From positions 1-45,001 of the forward strand of contig DATIVQ010000004.1 in NCBI GenBank assembly GCA_035465735.1: 45,001 nt of DNA. The letters are read 5' to 3'. Positions 39,327 to 45,001 of this stretch are shown here, one piece after another. The translations under genes were made by a program, and so were the position numbers. This DNA comes from Rudaea sp. (GTDB taxonomy: Bacteria; Pseudomonadota; Gammaproteobacteria; Xanthomonadales; Rhodanobacteraceae). The first letter of the stretch is position 1. Every line of letters starts with the position of its first letter. The notes under the pieces are model-generated. The model had not been told where the DNA came from. It saw only the letters and a list, made by a program, of their open reading frames with translations, and searched no databases.

Positions 39327-41197
39327 AAAAGCGCACGGCCAAGCCAGGCAAGATCAAGGATGCGCAACGCGAGGCCGAGCGCTTCCGCCGCCGCGCACTC
39401 GCCGGCTTCATCCTCATCGCGCTGTGCCTGGCCGGCCTTGCCGCGCGCTTCTGGTACCTGCAGATCGACCGCCACGCCGAATTCGCCGCACGTTCGGACA
39501 GCAACCGCATCTCGGTGCGCAGCATTCCGCCCACGCGCGGCCTGATCTACGACCGCAACGGCGTGCTGCTGGCCGAGAACGTCGCCGCGTTCCGCCTCGA
39601 AGTGGTGCCCGAGCAGGTCAAGGACATGCGCGCGATGCTGGCTGCGCTCGGCCACGTCCTCGCGCTGTCGGACGACGATATCGAGCGATTCGACGCGCTG
39701 CGCAAGAGCAAGCGCGCATTCGACAGCATCCCGCTGCGGCTGAAGCTGTCGGAAGACGAGATCGCCCGTTTCTCCACGCAGCGCTGGCGCTTTCCCGGCG
39801 TCGACGTGGTGCCGTACCTTACCCGCGCCTATCCGCGCGGCGCGGATTTTGCGCACGTGATCGGCTACGTCGGCCGCATCGACGCCGCGGACGCGGCTGG
39901 CCTGGATGCCGACGCCTACGCCGGCACCACGCAGATTGGCAAGACCGGTATCGAGCGCCGCTACGAGAGCGAGTTGCACGGCACGCCCGGCTACGAACAG
40001 GTCGAGGTCAATGTCGACAAGCGCGTGATCGGCAAACCCATCGCCCGCGTCGCGCCGACACCGGGCAAGAACCTGTACCTGAGCATCGACGCGCGCCTGC
40101 AACGCGTGGCCAGCGAGGCACTGGCGGGCCGCCCGGGCGCGGTGGCCGCGATAGATCCGCGCAACGGCGAGGTGCTCGCGCTCGCCAGCGCGCCGAGCTT
40201 CGATCCAAACCTGTTCGTCAACGGCATCGGCCGCGCCGACTACGCTGCCTTGATGAACAATCCGGACAAGCCCCTGCTCGACCGCGCCATCGCCGGCGGC
40301 TTCACGCCGGGCTCCACGGTCAAGCCCTATCTGGGCCTGGGCGGACTCGAACTCGGCCTGCGCCGGCCGCAGGACACGGTGTTGTCGACCGGCGAATTCT
40401 TCATTCCCGGCCAAGCGCGAGGCTACCGCGACGACGTGCGCGGCGGCCAGGGCCTGGTGAACCTGCGCCAGGCTATCGCGCGTTCGGTCAACACCTACTT
40501 CTATTCGCTCGCACTGGACATGGGCATCGACCGCTTCAGTTCCTGGATGGCGAATTTCGGTTTCGGCAGTCCCACCGGCATCGACCTGCCCGGCGAAGCG
40601 TCCGGCGTACTGCCGTCGCGGGAATGGAAGCGCGGCCGCTTCGATCAGCCCTTTTATCCCGGCGAAACCGTGATCGCCGGCATCGGCCAAGGCTACTGGG
40701 TAATCACGCCGATCCAGCTGGCATCCGCCCTGGCCACGCTTGCCGAGGGCGGTGTGCGCCACGTGCCGCACTTGCTGCGCGCGATGCAGGCTGGCCTGAA
40801 CGCGCCGCGCGTGCCGGTCGCGCAGCCGAAAGCAGCGCCGAGTTTCGTGCGCAATCCGGCCGACTGGGATGCGGTGCGCCAGGGCATGATCGACGTGGTG
40901 AACGATCCTTCCGGCACTGCGCACGGACTCGGCGAAGGATTTCCCTACGTCATCGCCGGCAAGACCGGCACGGCCGAACGCTATTCGCGCACCGGCGAGG
41001 AGTGGACCAGCATCATGTCGTCGCCGATCAGCCGGCACGAAGTGCTGTTCGAGGCATTCACGCCGGCCGACGCGCCGCGCGTCGCCGTGGTGATCGCGCT
41101 CAAGGAAGGCCGTTCCGGCGCCTACGACGCCGCACCGATCGCGCGCCGGATCCTCGATGAATGGCTGAAGGACGACGAGCGAGGCCGCACGCCATGA
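39323..41197 (+). CDS. mrdA: Penicillin-binding protein 2
   Basis: RGLIYDRNG, GKTGIE, STVK (SxxK), SVN (SxN), KTGTAE. Confidence 0.96.
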   Translation: MKKRTAKPGKIKDAQREAERFRRRALAGFILIALCLAGLAARFWYLQIDRHAEFAARSDSNRISVRSIPPTRGLIYDRNGVLLAENVAAFRLEVVPEQVKDMRAMLAALGHVLALSDDDIERFDALRKSKRAFDSIPLRLKLSEDEIARFSTQRWRFPGVDVVPYLTRAYPRGADFAHVIGYVGRIDAADAAGLDADAYAGTTQIGKTGIERRYESELHGTPGYEQVEVNVDKRVIGKPIARVAPTPGKNLYLSIDARLQRVASEALAGRPGAVAAIDPRNGEVLALASAPSFDPNLFVNGIGRADYAALMNNPDKPLLDRAIAGGFTPGSTVKPYLGLGGLELGLRRPQDTVLSTGEFFIPGQARGYRDDVRGGQGLVNLRQAIARSVNTYFYSLALDMGIDRFSSWMANFGFGSPTGIDLPGEASGVLPSREWKRGRFDQPFYPGETVIAGIGQGYWVITPIQLASALATLAEGGVRHVPHLLRAMQAGLNAPRVPVAQPKAAPSFVRNPADWDAVRQGMIDVVNDPSGTAHGLGEGFPYVIAGKTGTAERYSRTGEEWTSIMSSPISRHEVLFEAFTPADAPRVAVVIALKEGRSGAYDAAPIARRILDEWLKDDERGRTP

Positions 41198-42306
41198 ATC
41201 CGCTCTTACGCCTGCGTGCCTGGTTGCGCCACAGCCTGCGCGAACCGCGCCTGGACCTGCCGCTGCTCGGCGCACTCATCCTGCTCGCGCTGATCGGACT
41301 CACCACGCTGTACAGCGCCAGCGACCTGGACCGCCAGCTCGTGCTCAATCAGGCGCTGCGCTTCGCCCTCGGCGGATTGTTCCTGCTGCTGCTCTCGCGC
41401 GTGCCGCCGAACGTGCTGCGCAACTGGACGCCGTGGCTGTATCTGGCGAGCCTGGCCCTGCTCGTGGCGGTGGCGCTGCACGGCCAAGGCCGCGGCGCGA
41501 ACCGCTGGCTGAACCTGGGCGTAATGCGCTTCCAGCCCTCCGAACTGGTCAAGCTGACCTTGCCGATGATGGTCGCCTGGTACCTGCACACGCGCGAGTT
41601 GCCGCCGCGCTGGCTCACGCTCGGCGCGGTGGCGGTGCTGATCGCTGCGCCCGCGCTGCTGATCGGCAGGCAACCAGACCTCGGCACCGCCGTACTCGTG
41701 GTGGCGAGCGGGGTGTTCGCGGTGTTCCTCACCGGGCTGGCGTGGTGGCGCATCTTCGCCCTGCTCGGCGCGGCGGCGGCGGCGGCGCCGCTGCTGTGGC
41801 ATTTCATGCACGAATACCAGCGCAATCGCCTGCGCATGTTCCTCAATCCCGAAGCCGATCCGCTCGGCAACGGCTGGCACATCATCCAGTCGGAGATCGC
41901 GGTCGGCTCCGGCGGTCTGGCCGGCAAGGGCTGGCACCATGGCACGCAGTCGCGCCTGGAGTTCCTGCCCGAGCACACCACCGATTTCGTGTTCGCGGTG
42001 TTCTCCGAGGAATGGGGCTTGATCGGCGTGCTCGCGCTGCTCGCGCTGTACCTGTTCATCGTCGGCCGCGGTCTTGCCATCGCCGCGAACGCGCGCGACA
42101 ACTATTCGCGCCTGCTCGCCGGTTCGATCAGCATGGCATTCTTCGTCTACGTGATGGTCAACGGCGGCATGATCACCGGCCTGCTGCCCGTGGTCGGCGT
42201 GCCGTTGCCGCTGATCAGCTACGGCGGCACTTCGGCGGTGTCGCTGCTCGCCGGATTCGGCGTATTGATGTCGATCCACGCGCACCGCAAGTTCATGTCC
42301 GGTTGA
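41194..42306 (+). CDS. rodA: Rod shape-determining protein RodA
   Basis: FQPSELVK, QPDLGT, QSEIAVGSGG, LPEHTTDF, PLISYGG. Confidence 0.96.
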   Translation: MNPLLRLRAWLRHSLREPRLDLPLLGALILLALIGLTTLYSASDLDRQLVLNQALRFALGGLFLLLLSRVPPNVLRNWTPWLYLASLALLVAVALHGQGRGANRWLNLGVMRFQPSELVKLTLPMMVAWYLHTRELPPRWLTLGAVAVLIAAPALLIGRQPDLGTAVLVVASGVFAVFLTGLAWWRIFALLGAAAAAAPLLWHFMHEYQRNRLRMFLNPEADPLGNGWHIIQSEIAVGSGGLAGKGWHHGTQSRLEFLPEHTTDFVFAVFSEEWGLIGVLALLALYLFIVGRGLAIAANARDNYSRLLAGSISMAFFVYVMVNGGMITGLLPVVGVPLPLISYGGTSAVSLLAGFGVLMSIHAHRKFMSG

Positions 42307-42352
42307 AACCGGCATGCTAAGCTTTCGCGCCATCGGCACTTTCGGCGGCGAC

Positions 42353-43345
42353 ATGCGGCGCAGACTTGCGGTTTTGTATACTTTTTTGCTTTGTGCGCAG
42401 CTCGATGCCGCCGCCGTTGCCCAGCCTGCTCCCGATCCGGGCACGGCGGAAAAACAGTTTGCACAAGCCATGGCGCGCGAACACGGCCTCGACGCCGCGG
42501 CCGTGCTCGAGATCCTGCACCGCGCGACCTACCGGCAAAGCGTGATCGACACGATGACGCGCCCGGCCGAAGCCAAGCCGTGGAAGGATTACCGGCCGAT
42601 CTTCGTCACCCAGCGGCGCATCGACGATGGCGCGGCCTTCCTCGCGGACAACCGCGATCTGCTCGACCGCATCGGCAGCCAGTACGGCGTGCCGCCGGAA
42701 GTCATCACCGCCATCATCGGCGTGGAGAGCAACTACGGGCGCACGCCGATGCGCTACCGCGTGCTCGACGCACTGGTGACCCTGGCGTTTTACTATCCGC
42801 CCCGGCAGACTTATTTTCGTTCCGAACTGGCGCAACTGCTGTTGCTGCATTCGGCCGCGTTTCCGTATGCGGCGGAAGAGCTCATGGGCTCGTATGCCGG
42901 GGCGATGGGCTGGCCGCAGTTCATGCCCTCAAGCGTGGCCAAGTACGCACGCGACGGCGATGGCGACGGCAAGATCGACCTGTGGAATTCCCTGCCGGAC
43001 GTCTGCGCCAGCGTCGCCAACTATTTCGAGGCGTTTGGCTGGCAGACCGGCGCGCCGGTCGCGGTGCGCGCGCAAGTCGCCGCGAACGCGCGCACGCTCG
43101 ATCCGAAGGGCCTGGATCCGGTGTATCCGCTGCAACAGCTGACCGAATGGGGTTACACGACGGATGCAAAACTCGATCCGGCAACGCCGGCGACGCTGCT
43201 GCGCCTGGACGGTGCCGACGGCCCCGAATTCTGGATCACGTTCCGCAATTTCCAGGTCGTCTCGCGCTACAACAAGAGTCCGCTGTATTCGATGGCGGTG
43301 TACCAACTGAGCGAGGCGATCGCCGCCGCGGCTCGCGCGCCATGA
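42353..43345 (+). CDS. mltB: Lytic murein transglycosylase B
   Basis: IIGVESNYG catalytic Glu, GSYAGAMGWPQFMPSS, DGDGDGKIDLW, YNKSPLY. Start uncertain. Confidence 0.95.
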   Translation: MRRRLAVLYTFLLCAQLDAAAVAQPAPDPGTAEKQFAQAMAREHGLDAAAVLEILHRATYRQSVIDTMTRPAEAKPWKDYRPIFVTQRRIDDGAAFLADNRDLLDRIGSQYGVPPEVITAIIGVESNYGRTPMRYRVLDALVTLAFYYPPRQTYFRSELAQLLLLHSAAFPYAAEELMGSYAGAMGWPQFMPSSVAKYARDGDGDGKIDLWNSLPDVCASVANYFEAFGWQTGAPVAVRAQVAANARTLDPKGLDPVYPLQQLTEWGYTTDAKLDPATPATLLRLDGADGPEFWITFRNFQVVSRYNKSPLYSMAVYQLSEAIAAAARAP

Positions 43346-44229
43346 TGCGGTGGCGCGTCCGCGCCGCCGTCGTGCTCGCGGTGCTCGCGCTCGGCGGCTG
43401 TTTCCATCGCCACGCGACGCGGCCATCCACGCCGGCAACGCGGCCGTCCACGCCACGCGAGTCCGGCGGACGCTACGCCCAGGACCACGATTCCACGCCG
43501 ACGCAGATCCCCGACATCAGCAAGGTTCCCGAGCCGGTGCCGCGCGACGAACCGCGCTCGGTCTACGGCAACAAGTCGCCCTATACCGTGCTCGGCGAAA
43601 CCTACCACGTGCTGCCCACTTGCAAGGGTTACGACGAACGCGGCCTGGCCTCCTGGTACGGCAACAAGTTCAACGGCTATACCACGTCGAATTTCGAGAA
43701 ATATGACATGTACGCGTATTCGGCGGCGAGCAAGGTGCTGCCGCTGCCGTGCTACGTGCGCGTGACCAACCTGCAGAACGGCCGCAGCGCGATCGTGCGC
43801 GTCAACGACCGCGGCCCGTTCGTCGCCAACCGCATCATCGACCTGTCCTTTGTCGCCGCGATCAAGCTCGGCGTGTATCCCGGCGGCACGGCGATGGTCG
43901 AAGTGCGGGGCATCGATCCCGATCATCCGCAACGCAGCGCGGAACCCGCGCGCGGCGGCGCGGTCCCAACTGCGCCCGGGAAAACGCCCAAACCCCTGCT
44001 ATACCTGCAGGTCGGCGCATTCGCAGACCCGGCCAATGCGGAGCGTGCGGCGGCGAAGGTACGCTCCGCGCGGCTGGGCGCTGTGGCGCTGGTTGTAGTG
44101 CAGATCGGCGGCAAGACCTTGCGCCGCGTGCGCCTGGGGCCGCTTCGCGATGCCGCCGAAGCCGACGCGCTGGCCCCGAAGCTGCGCGCCCTGGGTCTGG
44201 GAGAAGTGCGGGTTTCGATTGATAATTGA
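43342..44229 (+). CDS. rlpA: Septal ring lytic transglycosylase RlpA (lipoprotein, SPOR domain)
   Basis: LGGC lipobox, GLASWYG, VRVNDRGPF, RIIDLS, LQVGAF SPOR. Confidence 0.95.
   Translation: MMRWRVRAAVVLAVLALGGCFHRHATRPSTPATRPSTPRESGGRYAQDHDSTPTQIPDISKVPEPVPRDEPRSVYGNKSPYTVLGETYHVLPTCKGYDERGLASWYGNKFNGYTTSNFEKYDMYAYSAASKVLPLPCYVRVTNLQNGRSAIVRVNDRGPFVANRIIDLSFVAAIKLGVYPGGTAMVEVRGIDPDHPQRSAEPARGGAVPTAPGKTPKPLLYLQVGAFADPANAERAAAKVRSARLGAVALVVVQIGGKTLRRVRLGPLRDAAEADALAPKLRALGLGEVRVSIDN
43414..43455 (+). repeat. Two imperfect tandem 21-nt units (ATRPSTP x2) in the RlpA linker
   Basis: GCGACGCGGCCATCCACGCCG / GCAACGCGGCCGTCCACGCCA. Confidence 0.75.
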
Positions 44230-44282
44230 CGAGGCGATCCACCGGGGATGGATCAAATACCGAAAATCTGATGGACGTCGTG

Positions 44283-45001
44283 ATGAAACTTTTGCACACC
44301 ATTGTTCTTGCCGCACTGTTCGCATTTTCCACACTGGCTGCGCCGTTGACGGCGGCTCCGCACAAGCACAAGAAGGAACCGGCTGCAGACACGCAACCGG
44401 CGCCACAGGTCACGCCTGCGTCCGCCGAACTGCCCACGCCCAATCCCGCGCCGCGCCCGGCGCCGGGCGCGCTGAACGTGCCCACGCCGCCGCCGCCCGC
44501 GCTGGACGCCAAGAGTTGGGTGCTTATGGATTACGCGACCGGCCAGATCCTCGCGCAGGACAATGCCGACGAGCGCGTGGAACCGGCATCGATCACGAAG
44601 ATGATGACCGGCTACATCGTTTCGGCGGAACTCGCCGCGGGCAAGATCAAGCTCGACGATCCGGTTATGGTCAGCGAACACGCCTGGCGCGCGGGCGGCG
44701 CCGGTACCGATGGCTCGACCACGTTCCTGAAAGTGAACTCGCAGGTGCCGCTCAAGGACCTGCTCTACGGCATGATCATCCAGTCCGGCAACGACGCCGC
44801 GATCGCACTCGCCGAACACGTCGCCGGGTCCGAGGATACGTTCGCCAACCTGATGAACGAATACGCGGCCAAGCTCGGCATGACCGGCACGCATTTCGTC
44901 AACGCCACCGGGCTGCCGGACCCGAACCACTATTCCACCGCACACGACATCGCCGTGCTGGCGCGCCACGTCATCCACGACTATCCGAACGAATACAAGA
45001 T
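44283..45001 (+). CDS. D-alanyl-D-alanine carboxypeptidase (DacA/DacC family), runs off window end
   Basis: Signal peptide, Pro-rich linker, EPASITK (SxxK), QSGNDA (SxN), HFVNATGL. Confidence 0.95.
   Translation, partial: MKLLHTIVLAALFAFSTLAAPLTAAPHKHKKEPAADTQPAPQVTPASAELPTPNPAPRPAPGALNVPTPPPPALDAKSWVLMDYATGQILAQDNADERVEPASITKMMTGYIVSAELAAGKIKLDDPVMVSEHAWRAGGAGTDGSTTFLKVNSQVPLKDLLYGMIIQSGNDAAIALAEHVAGSEDTFANLMNEYAAKLGMTGTHFVNATGLPDPNHYSTAHDIAVLARHVIHDYPNEYK

Overview
High-GC gammaproteobacterial chromosome. Gene content suggests Xanthomonadales/Rhodanobacteraceae (inference). There are four blocks. (1) 1-9.1 kb is an anaerobiosis cluster: 5' end of narG, a GT9 glycosyltransferase, ubiU-ubiV, fabA-fabB, nadA-nadB and a chorismate mutase-UbiT fusion. 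Six FNR-like boxes (TTGAT-N4-ATCAA variants) lie about 41 nt upstream of plausible transcription starts. The most notable item is the AroQ chorismate mutase domain fused to UbiT with its catalytic residues retained. It would make prephenate, the reported oxygen donor for UbiU/V O2-independent hydroxylation. A second FNR promoter is hidden in the fusion linker. (2) 9.1-14.2 kb: a membrane diguanylate cyclase and a TetR/HlyD/ABC efflux operon. (3) 14.2-26.2 kb is an accessory block of soluble signalling proteins (3 histidine kinases, 3 response regulators, a REC-GAF-GGDEF-EAL-REC protein) plus a secreted FG-GAP-repeat protein. It ends in an internally deleted copy of the nearby hemolysin-III gene. 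(4) 26.4-45 kb is mostly core: rsiV-like, DUF456, GFA, trhA, USP, tlpA-like, yhhQ, adenosine kinase-like, gatCAB and mreBCD-mrdA-rodA-mltB-rlpA-dac. No rRNA, tRNA, CRISPR array, transposase or integrase was recognised. All calls are by eye; no database searches were run.
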